Made by a program: the position numbers and the translations under genes. Shown here one piece after another: positions 18,324-27,303 of a stretch of 32,000 nucleotides of DNA. Location of the stretch: contig NC_008818.1 in the NCBI RefSeq assembly GCF_000015145.1, positions 780,001 to 812,000 on the forward strand. The letters run 5' to 3'. Positions within the stretch are counted from its first letter, which is position 1; the number at the start of each line of letters is the position of its first letter. Below the pieces are notes generated by a model, which was not told where the DNA came from, did no database searches, and was given only the letters and a program-made list of their open reading frames with translations. The DNA comes from Hyperthermus butylicus DSM 5456. Its GTDB lineage: Archaea; Thermoproteota; Thermoprotei_A; Sulfolobales; Pyrodictiaceae.

Positions 18324-19173
18324 AGACCACGGTGTTAAAGGCAAACAACGCGTAACCTGCAACTATTAAGGCTGGAGAGGGTTCTGCTACAACCTTCTCA
18401 GCCATGGAGGCTAGGGCGAGCCATGCAAACGAGTATATTGCTGCAGCCAGTCTCGCCCTGGTCTTCTTATCGTTTTCGAGCACCGGCAACACCCAGTTCT
18501 TGGCTGGGAGTAGTAGGAGCCCGGCAGCCAGCAAACCCACGTCTATGCCGAGTAGCTTTACCGCCGACATGTAGGTTGGACTTGTGGCTGCAGCATAGCC
18601 GGCCAGGGGGGTGGAGGCTGCGGCGGCGAGGGAGACGTATTCCAGCGTGTCGAGCCTCCTCCAAAATAGCATGCAGAGCACGCACAACGCAACCGCAACA
18701 AGGATGCCACCAACAACGTCTACGGGGTAATGTACACCCAGCACTACCCGGGAATAGGATACCGCTGCAACGTGTAGAACTCCCACAGCAGTTAGGACCG
18801 GGCTACGGGTATAGAACGCTATAACGAGCCAGAACGCGGTAGAAAGAGCGGCATGACCACTCGGAAATCCAGGCCCCGAAGCCTCTACCAGCCAATGCTC
18901 CCTCGGAGGCCTAGGCATTCCGAGGCCAACCTTCAACGCCACAACAATACTGGACACGCTTACTAGGCTCGCAACAAGCCTTAAGCCAAAACCGCTCGGC
19001 CCCAGCGTGTAAATGAGCAGACCCACAAGCATGTAGAGGGCTTCCTCGCCTAGCAGCGAGGAGACCTTGCAGACCGCCACCGAACCTGCAAGACAGCCAG
19101 CAGCCTCACCCATCGCGCCAAGGAGTAACAGCAGCGCTAACATCCTAAGCCTGCGCTTACCGGGCGTCTCCAT
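18280..19173 (-). CDS. PAP2-superfamily membrane phosphatase
   Basis: KVGLGMPRPPREH, GPGFPSGHAALSTAF, YSRVVLGVHYPVDVVGG (three PAP2 motifs). 3' end overlaps the convergent gene by 44 bp. Confidence 0.85.
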   Translation of the reverse strand: METPGKRRLRMLALLLLLGAMGEAAGCLAGSVAVCKVSSLLGEEALYMLVGLLIYTLGPSGFGLRLVASLVSVSSIVVALKVGLGMPRPPREHWLVEASGPGFPSGHAALSTAFWLVIAFYTRSPVLTAVGVLHVAAVSYSRVVLGVHYPVDVVGGILVAVALCVLCMLFWRRLDTLEYVSLAAAASTPLAGYAAATSPTYMSAVKLLGIDVGLLAAGLLLLPAKNWVLPVLENDKKTRARLAAAIYSFAWLALASMAEKVVAEPSPALIVAGYALFAFNTVVSRPLWSRYLGGKPP

Positions 19174-19270
19174 GCCCAGGCTTTCCTCTCAATTCGCGCT
19201 CTCGGAGTAGCCAGGGTAGCCGCGTCTACTTAAGCTGTTACGCTACCAGGGCCTACCGGTGCTAGTGCTA

Positions 19271-19297
19271 CAGCCCTGAGGCTTAACGTCAGGGCTG
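19271..19297. repeat. Perfect 9-bp inverted repeat upstream of 19332..20903
   Basis: CAGCCCTGA-ggcttaacg-TCAGGGCTG. Confidence 0.65.
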
Positions 19298-19331
19298 GGG
19301 CTTCCCAGAGTGTAGGCTGGGAGGTGATTAC

Positions 19332-20903
19332 TTGAAGGTAGCAATAGTGACAGGGAGAAGGGCTACAAGCTTTTTACGCGATATCGCGCGAGAGCTAAGC
19401 AAAAGGATCGGCTGGACCGTAGACGTTGTTGCTGTACCGGTGGAGGTTGCAGCTCTCATACCGCGTGAGGCTCTCGAGCAAACCATTGAGAGGCTAGACT
19501 GTAGCTACGATATGGTTATCGTGCCGGGAACTCTGCCCTATAGCTTAGATGAGATACGGGCTCCGGACTGCCTCACTATTGTCAAGGGCCCAATCGACCC
19601 AACTGACTTGCTCATCCTCGCGGAGCTTGGTGAGGAGGGGCTCCGGGAGCTGAGGGAGAATAGGGTTCTCTCGCCGGAGCTAGTTGCTGGTAGGTGGCTT
19701 GAGGAGCTAAAGCGTCATCACAATGAGACGTTGAGTATTGAGGTTTGCGGTGTCCGGGTACCAGTTAGGCCTCCGCCAATAGTGGTTGCTGCTGAGCTAT
19801 ACTACCGACCCGGTCTCAGCATAGCCGATAGGGTTGAGCAGTTACTCTCAATGGGCGCTGACATCGTGGTCATGGGCTTCGGAGCAGACATAGACCCAGG
19901 AGAGGCCATGGAGGTTGTTAGGACTGCTGCAAGGATTGCCGGTCAAGTAGCCATTGATAGTCCCGACAAAAAGCTAGTAGCTAGAGCCGTGAAGGAGGGC
20001 TACGCATGTCTCGCCTTCACTGCTAGCGAGGCTAGCAAGCTGCTTGACCTGCTCCCTAGAGGCTCTAGCGTCGTGGTAGCACCATATAGGGCGGACTATA
20101 GCGTACCCAGCAACCCCCATGAAAGAGTCGCGCTCCTCCAGAGACTAGTCAGGGAGGCTAGGAGCCGGGGCCTCACACCCATAGCTGACCCCCTAGTCGA
20201 GCCACCGGGCCACGGGTTTGCCAAGAGCGTTACAGCGTACATCCTAGCCTCGGAGGTTATTGACACACCGCTCCTCGCAGGAATAGCAAACGTGTATGAG
20301 CTAGTAGATGCTGACAGCCACGGCCAGATTGCCGTGCTAACCCAGCTCTACGGCGAGGCTGGCGCCTCAATAATGCTCGTAACCGAGGAAAGCCGTAAGT
20401 CGAGATTTGCAGTAGCAGAGGCAGCCATAGCAGCTACGCTTACAGGGCTATCCCTGCTGAAGAAGAGGCCACCCAAAGAGCTAGGACTAGGCTTATTCTA
20501 TGCTAAGGAGAAGAGGCCACGTAAAGGGGTTCCTCTTGCATCTAAGCCCGAGAGAGTCTACGATGCCTCTAAGCTCGCAGCCTGGGTTAGCTTCCGCCAG
20601 GACCGGCTCGGCAACCACCTCATAGCCGTGGAGGGCGGAGTTATAAGAGACTTGTACATTGGGAGCCGGGGCATTGTGGAAGTTAGGGGTAGAAGAGCTG
20701 AAGACATATACAAGGCCATAACGTATCTCGGCTTGGCAAGCGAACCATCCCACTATGCGTATCTCGGCTACGAGCTGTGCAAGGCTGAGCTGGCGTTAGA
20801 GCTTGAGTTAAGCTACGTACAGGAAGAGCCTCTCATAACACCGCCGTGGAAAAATGCACTCATCTACAGTGTCCGCGAAAAGAGGCCACGAAGGCTAGGA
20901 TGA
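19332..20903 (+). CDS. Dihydropteroate synthase-like protein (archaeal family)
   Basis: 523 aa; MKVAIVTGRRATSFLRDIA..., ADIVVMGFGADIDPGEAMEVVRTAARIAGQVAIDSPDKKLVARAV, GFAKSVTAYILASEVIDTPLLAGIANVYELVDADSHG. Confidence 0.7.
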   Translation: MKVAIVTGRRATSFLRDIARELSKRIGWTVDVVAVPVEVAALIPREALEQTIERLDCSYDMVIVPGTLPYSLDEIRAPDCLTIVKGPIDPTDLLILAELGEEGLRELRENRVLSPELVAGRWLEELKRHHNETLSIEVCGVRVPVRPPPIVVAAELYYRPGLSIADRVEQLLSMGADIVVMGFGADIDPGEAMEVVRTAARIAGQVAIDSPDKKLVARAVKEGYACLAFTASEASKLLDLLPRGSSVVVAPYRADYSVPSNPHERVALLQRLVREARSRGLTPIADPLVEPPGHGFAKSVTAYILASEVIDTPLLAGIANVYELVDADSHGQIAVLTQLYGEAGASIMLVTEESRKSRFAVAEAAIAATLTGLSLLKKRPPKELGLGLFYAKEKRPRKGVPLASKPERVYDASKLAAWVSFRQDRLGNHLIAVEGGVIRDLYIGSRGIVEVRGRRAEDIYKAITYLGLASEPSHYAYLGYELCKAELALELELSYVQEEPLITPPWKNALIYSVREKRPRRLG

Positions 20904-21068
20904 CTGCTGCTCCTGGCTCTCCTGTGCAGGCTTTATCACGACGCTCCTGCCGCGCCACTCGTAGCGGCCCTCCCTGAGGGCCTTGAGTAGCTCTAGTGCC
21001 TGCTTGTCGTTAGGGTGCTTCTTTAGGTGTCTTTCAAGCCTCCGTATTAGGCGCAGCTTCCTGCTCAT
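20895..21068 (-). CDS. 57-aa basic small protein (absent from the supplied ORF track)
   Basis: ATG at 21068: MSRKLRLIRRLERHLKKHPNDKQALELLKALREGRYEWRGRSVVIKPAQESQEQQSS*; 3' end overlaps the convergent gene by 9 nt. Confidence 0.5.
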   Translation of the reverse strand: MSRKLRLIRRLERHLKKHPNDKQALELLKALREGRYEWRGRSVVIKPAQESQEQQSS

Positions 21069-21087
21069 AGCTTAGCACCATGTTGTG

Positions 21088-21101
21088 CTATAGGCCTATA
21101 G
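21088..21101. repeat. 14-bp perfect palindrome
   Basis: CTATAGGCCTATAG, just upstream of the small ORF 20895..21068(-). Confidence 0.6.
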
Positions 21102-21189
21102 GCGGGGCCCTAAAGAGCCTAACTATCCCCAGGGGCTATGATGAGCAGCTGCCTGGTTGCAGAGCCCCGAGGAAGCAGGGGCGATGCAG

Positions 21190-21927
21190 TTAACCCCCCT
21201 TCGCTGAGCCTTGGGCAAGTTTTGAGCGTATAACTACAGCCATGTCGGGATAGTCGGTCGCTATTCCGTCAACGCCGCGTCTGGCAAGCTCTACTACCAG
21301 GTTTGGCTCATTAACTGTCCACGCTACCACACGTAGCCCGAGCCGGTGGGCAAAGGATACAGCCTTGGCAGTTGCTAGGGGGTAGCGTGGCAATACTAAC
21401 TCGCAGCGGAGCCGTCGACACTCAACAATCTTTCCTGGCGGCTTGAAGTAGATGATACCGGCTGGGATGCGGGACGCCCGGCTCTTAACAGTCTTCACCA
21501 CTTCCTCGTGGAAGCTTATGATGGCTACATAATCCTCTGCCGTTTCGGACAAAATAAGGTCTATTAGAGTGTGAGTATCACTGGGCTCCTTCACCTCTAG
21601 GAATAACGCTATCCTTCCGCGAGCCTCAGCCAGCAGCTCCTCAATCCTTGGCACGTACTCGCCACCGGGCAGCTCTACCCTTCTAACCTCCTCGTAGCTA
21701 GCCGAACGTATATCGAGAATTCCCCCGCCATGTTTTACGACTGGATCATGACTAGCTACTAGCACACCGTCACCGGTTCGCTGCACATCAAACTCAGCTA
21801 TGTCTGCACCAGCTTCTATAGCCTTTCTGAGTGCAGTAATTGTGTTCTCGGGGGCTAGGCCAGCTGCACCACGATGACCCACAACTGCGAAAGGCTTACG
21901 CGACAACCGTTCAAGAACAAGGTTCAC
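21190..21927 (-). CDS. Glycerophosphodiester phosphodiesterase
   Basis: 245 aa; VVGHRGAAGLAPENTITALRKAIEAGADIAEFDVQRTGDGVLVASHD, TVNEPNLVVELARRGVDGIATDYPD. Confidence 0.9.
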   Translation of the reverse strand: MNLVLERLSRKPFAVVGHRGAAGLAPENTITALRKAIEAGADIAEFDVQRTGDGVLVASHDPVVKHGGGILDIRSASYEEVRRVELPGGEYVPRIEELLAEARGRIALFLEVKEPSDTHTLIDLILSETAEDYVAIISFHEEVVKTVKSRASRIPAGIIYFKPPGKIVECRRLRCELVLPRYPLATAKAVSFAHRLGLRVVAWTVNEPNLVVELARRGVDGIATDYPDMAVVIRSKLAQGSAKGG

Positions 21928-21930
21928 GGC

Positions 21931-22919
21931 CTACCCCTCTCTCCTGCAGACGGGCCTAACTACCTCTATGTAGTCTTCGAGCTGTGCCACATCCTCTAGC
22001 CTACTTGGCGGCTTCTCTACATGCATTATCTTGACTATTGATGCTGGCTGGTTTAGGCTACATGCAAGTTCTTCCAGGTCGCGGAGGGCGCGCGCTTCAA
22101 CTGTTTCAAGACCCAGGCTCTTAGCCCTAGGTCCTAGCACCCTGTTAGCAACTATGGCCTCAACATTCAGCTTCTCGCTCCTAAACTTGTCAACAACCAT
22201 GCGTGCCTCGTATACAGGCAGTGGTTCCGGAGTTGCCACAATTATGAAGCTTGTCCGTTGTGAGTTCCTAATCTCGTCCCAGAGCTGAGTATAGCGGTTT
22301 TTCATCTCTTCCAGCTTCTCCAGTACAGGGTCGCTAGGCTTAACCTTACGGCCAAGAGCTTGAGCAATAGCATAGCGCAGCGATACTATGCGTTCGCGCA
22401 GCTCTATGAGCCTATTTACCCAGAACACGTAGAGCTTAGGGAGGAGCACTACCCTTACAGCTACACCCGTCGGCGGCGTATCTATAACCACATAGTCTAC
22501 ATCTCTCCTAGCATACAAGCTTGCCAGTATCCTTAGAAAGATCTCCTCCTCGAATCCTGGCGACTCACGTATAGCCTTGACGATATCGTCTATGCCTAGT
22601 GCCGAGAGCCCCGGAATAAGACGGCGTAGTAGTAACGCATACTCCTCCGAGACTTTGCGGGCAAGCACATCAATACCATATTAACCGCTCTTAGCCCAGG
22701 CTTAACCTCGGCTTCCTCTAGGGGCTTACGGAGCCCAAGGTATTCTAGGAGGTGGCCAGCAGGATCAAGACTTGCAAGTAGAACCTTGCCACCACTAGCA
22801 CTAAGCTCATATGCAAGCCTTATGCAAACAGTTGTTTTGCCAACACCGCCCTTGCCAGTAACTATAACTATGTGTGGTTTAGACCAAGCCGATACATCGA
22901 GACCATCAATAATCCTCAA
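21931..22919 (-). pseudogene. ArsA/Get3 (TRC40)-family ATPase, split into two frames by an apparent single-nucleotide frameshift
   Basis: N-terminal ORF 22596..22919: IVIVTGKGGVGKTTVCIRLAYELSASGGKVLLASLDPAGH. C-terminal ORF 21931..22668: VDYVVIDTPPTGVAVRVV... The frames differ and join at about 22668-22690. Confidence 0.8.
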
Positions 22920-22925
22920 GGCTCG

Positions 22926-23237
22926 CTACCACTCCCCGCCAAACCTGCTAAAGAAGTCTGCTATGGTATCACTGCCCCTCCACGTCCGGTCAAATAGTAT
23001 GTGAACCTCCTTTTCAAGATAGGGAGCTAACTCAGCAGCAATACCAAGAGGCGCGAGAGGGAGGCCCACAAGGCTTCCAAGCACCATGCTTAGAAACGCG
23101 TGTTCAAGCTCTATGTACTCTAGCTCTAAGGCCTCAACGCTCTGTTCGATGAGAGCTTCACCCATACCTTTAAGAAATGCAAAGAACTCCCTAACAACGC
23201 GCAACAACTTGCCAAAGAGGCTCAATGTTGTACCCAC
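22926..23237 (-). CDS. Hypothetical protein upstream of arsA/get3
   Basis: 103 aa ORF in operonic spacing (7-nt gap) before the ArsA/Get3 N-terminal ORF; two mildly hydrophobic helices. Confidence 0.45.
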   Translation of the reverse strand: MGTTLSLFGKLLRVVREFFAFLKGMGEALIEQSVEALELEYIELEHAFLSMVLGSLVGLPLAPLGIAAELAPYLEKEVHILFDRTWRGSDTIADFFSRFGGEW

Positions 23238-23374
23238 GCTCCCATTCTAGGCTTGACTGTATACGCCTGCGAGAAAAATACTATCGCTGGGAGAGGCAGA
23301 GAATGTTGAAAGTATGAGAGGGTTGAGACCTCGAAAAAACCGTGTGGGAGAGTGTCTTACAGAAGTTCCTTCTC

Positions 23375-25198
23375 TCATGCTGGCTGGGTTCCTGCTTGCT
23401 TCTTAATCATTTGCAGTCCGCGGACGAAGAGGTATAATAGCACTAGATCTAGCGCGAGCGATATCGCAACGATGCTGCCTGCGCCGTACTTCTGTATCGG
23501 CGGGTACTTTGGCGCAACGTATACCAGCCACCAGAACAGAGCTACCGTCACTGTTATCCATAGGAACCATGCTGGCACTTGTATTAGCCAGGTGACTTTG
23601 CCACGCACCTTGAGTATGGCGTATACCCACAGGGCGCTGGTTAGTAGTGCTAGTGCTGCTAGTAGCTGGTTGGTGCCAGCGAAGGCAGGCCATATGATGT
23701 TATATGCTGGCTGTAACTTGCCACCAATCATTACGTATGGATAGGCTAGCACGAAGCCTATAGCTGCTGCTATGAAGCTTGCCGAATACCTGTTAGCGAT
23801 AAGCTTGTATGCTGAGCGGCTCCTCTCCTCTAGCCAGTCGAACATCTCCTGCCACGCGAACCTGGCAAGCCTTGTTGCAGTGTCAAGCGTTGTTAGAATG
23901 AATGATGCTAGAGCTACTGCCGCAAAACTTGCCATCACCTTGCCGACAGTGTCTAGGCTGCCGAACGCCTTACCAACCATGTAGCCGTAGCCATAGATGA
24001 ACCTCTGAACCTTATCGAGAGCTAGTATGCCACCCTCCTGGTAGTCCGGTATGAGGTTAGCCTTGCCTGCCGCCTCTAGCAGCTTGGGGAAGTCTGGCTG
24101 ACTCCATGCCAACGCTATCGGGATGATAACTGCAAAGCTTGAAACAGCACCTTCAGTTAGCATGCCACCATAACCCACTAGTAGCGCATCAAGCTCGTTT
24201 GCTAGCTGCTTGCTCGTAGTACCGCTCGCCACGACACTGTGGAAGCCGCTTAGAGCGCCACAAGCGATTATCAAGACTATTGCTGGCCAGAATGGCGTCT
24301 CTACTCCCACGAAGATTTTGGGAGCAAAGCTGGTGTATGCTGGAGCGCTGAACTTGTAGGTGAATACGCCTAGGACTCCTATCAAGCTTATGATTACGAA
24401 GCTCCATAGCAGGTAGGCGTTGAGGTAGTCGCGTGGCTGTAGTAGGTACCAGACCGGCAGCACGCTAGCTACAAAGGCATAGGCTGCTAGGAGGATTACC
24501 CAGAAGTGGTAGGAGTCTATGGTGAAGCCCAGGAAGCTTATCGTCGGCAGATAGAATGGATACTTCATTGCATACGCTATGCCGAGCACCAGGATTAGTG
24601 CTATTATTGCAGTACTCTTAACGGTGCCCAGTCCCGTCCTATACATGAGTATGCCCAGCATCACTGCCAGCGGCATGTATATCATGGCTACCGTGGCTGC
24701 CTCAGGTGTTCCAGCAAGTACCTTTGCTGCAACGCTTAGGAAGGCTCCTATGACTAGGATTAGCGCTGCATAGACGTATGCTAGGAAGATATACCTAGCC
24801 TTGCGGCCCATAACGTTCTCGGAGACCGACATTATCGATACTCCGCCGTGCCTCACGCTAGCCATCAATGCTAGGTAGTCGTGGACAGCGCCGATGAACA
24901 CGTTGCCAAAGAGAACCCATATTATTGGCAGTAGCCAGCCATAGGCCATCGCTATGGCTGGTCCTACTATGGGGCCTGCGCCGGCGATACTGGCAAAGTG
25001 ATGACCGTAGAGCACATACTTGTTCGCCGGCACATAATCTACACCGTCAAACTTGGCAAGTGCTGGCGTCTTCCTCGTAGGATCAGCCCTTACAACCTTC
25101 TGCTCTAGGAGCTTTTTACCGTAGAATACGTAGGCTAGAACGTAAATTACGATGATTATTGAGGCTGTAATACCTGCGGTTGCGAGCGCCACGGTCAC
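23375..25198 (-). CDS. cstA: Carbon starvation protein CstA-family transporter
   Basis: 607 aa; [34 protein letters not shown]-like signature, [37 protein letters not shown]. Confidence 0.95.
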   Translation of the reverse strand: [607 protein letters not shown]

Positions 25199-25199
25199 C

Positions 25200-25436
25200 T
25201 CACCTCTCAGCCTGAAGCCTCTTCCCTATACTGGCTGGAGCAGTACCAAAGGCTAGTGCTGGGCCTATGAGGAGGCTAAACCAGCCGATTATTATTGCTG
25301 CAGTATCAGCTGTCATTCTCTCCTCGGAGCCTAGATATCCCTTGGATGGACCAGTAGCGAAGGCGTAGATGAACAGTATTACCCCCAGCGTTATCAGTAG
25401 GTATCCGAGCAATCTAACCGCTTGGCTCTGAGCCAT
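25200..25436 (-). CDS. Small two-TM membrane protein coupled to cstA
   Basis: MAQSQAVRLLGYLLITLGVILFIYAFATGPSKG...TAAIIIGWFSLLIGPALAFG...; stop lies next to the cstA start. Confidence 0.6.
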   Translation of the reverse strand: MAQSQAVRLLGYLLITLGVILFIYAFATGPSKGYLGSEERMTADTAAIIIGWFSLLIGPALAFGTAPASIGKRLQAER

Positions 25437-25679
25437 CCGTACACGCCCCCGGTTCACAGCAGTATGCCAAAGCATTTCCTTGTGTTTGTTCGCGATTGTA
25501 CAGCTTATTAAAAATTATCCTAGATTTGTTAAAGGCGTATACTATTTGTGAAACCGGTCTGAAGTAGGCAGTAGCTCGAGGACAGGCGATACTACTCTTA
25601 CCCCTGGTGTGCCGCATAGTAGCCTAATAGACTGTAGCCATATTGCTGGTTTATCGCTGGAGGAGCTGGGTGTAGGCAG

Positions 25680-26339
25680 TTGAGCAGCATACTAATGCTC
25701 TACATCATAGCTATTGCTGCTGCTGTATCAGTTGTATGGTTCTTCCACATAAGGCGCGTCATGCTGATGAGGATGAGGGGGCTCGTATCCCTACTCGAGA
25801 GGAGTTTCAGACCGAGGGATACACAGTACATGCTTCTAGGCTACCTTGTCGGGTTCCGCGCAGAATACCTGCTCGGCGACGGGCCAGCTTCTAGGGCTTG
25901 GATACTCTACACAACCCCGCCCTACCACGTGTTCTTCTATCTCCCAGTCATAAGCCTGGGCAAGCGTAGGGAGAAGCTTGAGATAACACTGCGGCTCCGC
26001 AGCCCCTTGCCAGGAGAGGCCCATATCTATGATCCCGGTGACCGTGGCGTTGTGAGGGCCGTAGTGGCTGACACCGCTGGTGCTGGCCGGAGGCTCTATC
26101 GTGGGACAGTGAGTATTGCTGGCCGCGAATTAGAGGCACTCTATAGCGGCGACATAGCGCTCGCCAAAGCCAAGAGCCTCTTCGAGGAGCTTGTTGCCGC
26201 CGGCGTGGATGTTAGGAGGGTATCCATAGTTGATCGGCTCCATGCACTCCATGTCTCAGTGGTACCCCAGCTGGATACCGTTGAGGAGCTTGTTAAACGG
26301 GTGATGGGGTTCGCTGGAGAGCTACAGTCTAGCCGTTGA
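25680..26339 (+). CDS. Hypothetical protein with one N-terminal TM helix, first gene of an ABC ATPase module
   Basis: 219 aa; MSSILMLYIIAIAAAVSVVWFFHIRR followed by a soluble domain with no recognised motif. Confidence 0.6.
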   Translation: MSSILMLYIIAIAAAVSVVWFFHIRRVMLMRMRGLVSLLERSFRPRDTQYMLLGYLVGFRAEYLLGDGPASRAWILYTTPPYHVFFYLPVISLGKRREKLEITLRLRSPLPGEAHIYDPGDRGVVRAVVADTAGAGRRLYRGTVSIAGRELEALYSGDIALAKAKSLFEELVAAGVDVRRVSIVDRLHALHVSVVPQLDTVEELVKRVMGFAGELQSSR

Positions 26340-26340
26340 A

Positions 26341-27303
26341 GGCTTAGTTGTAGAGCTTGATGGACGCACCATACTCCGTGGAGTAGATCTCGCTGCTGAG
26401 CGTAATGACTACCTTGTTGTTCTGGGACCTAGCGGCTCGGGTAAAACCACGCTGCTCCGTGCTATAGCTGGGCTCGTACCGGCTGCGAAGGGCAGGATAC
26501 TGATCCAGGGGAGGGATGTTACCAGGCTACCACCTTGGGAGCGAGACGTTGCCCTGGTACAGCAGATACCTGGGCTCCTCCCCCACCTCACGGTTGAGGA
26601 GAACATTGTACTGGCGGCTATTAGCCGTACTGGGCTCCCAAGGAGCGAGGCGCGGAGGAGAGCTAGGGAGCTAGCTGAGATCCTGAGAATAATGGATGTC
26701 CTCAACCGGAAGCCGGGGAGCCTCAGTGGCGGCCAGCTACAGCGTGCAGCTATAGCACTCGCACTCGCCATGGAGCCCTCCCTGCTACTCCTCGACGAGC
26801 CCCTAAGCCACCTCGACCGCCCACTAGCCGAGGAACTCCGGGGGGTGCTTAGAAGGCTGCACCGCGACTACGGTATAACGATAGTACACGTGACCCATGA
26901 CCAAGACGAGGCTCTGGCGCTTGCCACGAGAATAGCGATAATGAGGAGCGGCAAGATAATAGCATTTGGGGAGGCACCTACTATATACTATAGGCCGCCT
27001 AGCCCCGAAGCCGCAAGATTTCTCGGCCACAACTTGGTTGACGCCCACCTCCTCGGCCAAGGCGAGGGAGTAATAGCCATACCTCCGGAGGCCATTGAGC
27101 TGGGGAGCGGAGAGTACGAGGCAACCATAGCTTCCGTTGAGGTTGAGAGGGGCCGTTACACTATGAGGCTGCTGGTTAACAACACCGTGGAGCTTAGAGC
27201 ATACGTTCACCCGCTAAGGGCAAAGAGGCTGAGGCCCGGCACGAAAACCCGCTTTAATATAGACTGGAGCCTTACAATCACATACCCGGCTGAGACAAAG
27301 TGA
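26341..27303 (+). CDS. ABC transporter ATP-binding protein (importer-like; start codon unresolved)
   Basis: In-frame translation: GLVVELDGRTILRGVDLAAERNDYLVVLGPSGSGKTTLLRAIAGL...LVQQIPGLLPHLTVEENI...KPGSLSGGQLQRAAIALALAMEPSLLLLDEPLSHLD...IVHVTHDQDEA, plus a short C-terminal TOBE-like part. The track shows only 26692..27303 because no ATG/GTG/TTG is in frame upstream. Confidence 0.85.
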   Translation, partial: GLVVELDGRTILRGVDLAAERNDYLVVLGPSGSGKTTLLRAIAGLVPAAKGRILIQGRDVTRLPPWERDVALVQQIPGLLPHLTVEENIVLAAISRTGLPRSEARRRARELAEILRIMDVLNRKPGSLSGGQLQRAAIALALAMEPSLLLLDEPLSHLDRPLAEELRGVLRRLHRDYGITIVHVTHDQDEALALATRIAIMRSGKIIAFGEAPTIYYRPPSPEAARFLGHNLVDAHLLGQGEGVIAIPPEAIELGSGEYEATIASVEVERGRYTMRLLVNNTVELRAYVHPLRAKRLRPGTKTRFNIDWSLTITYPAETK

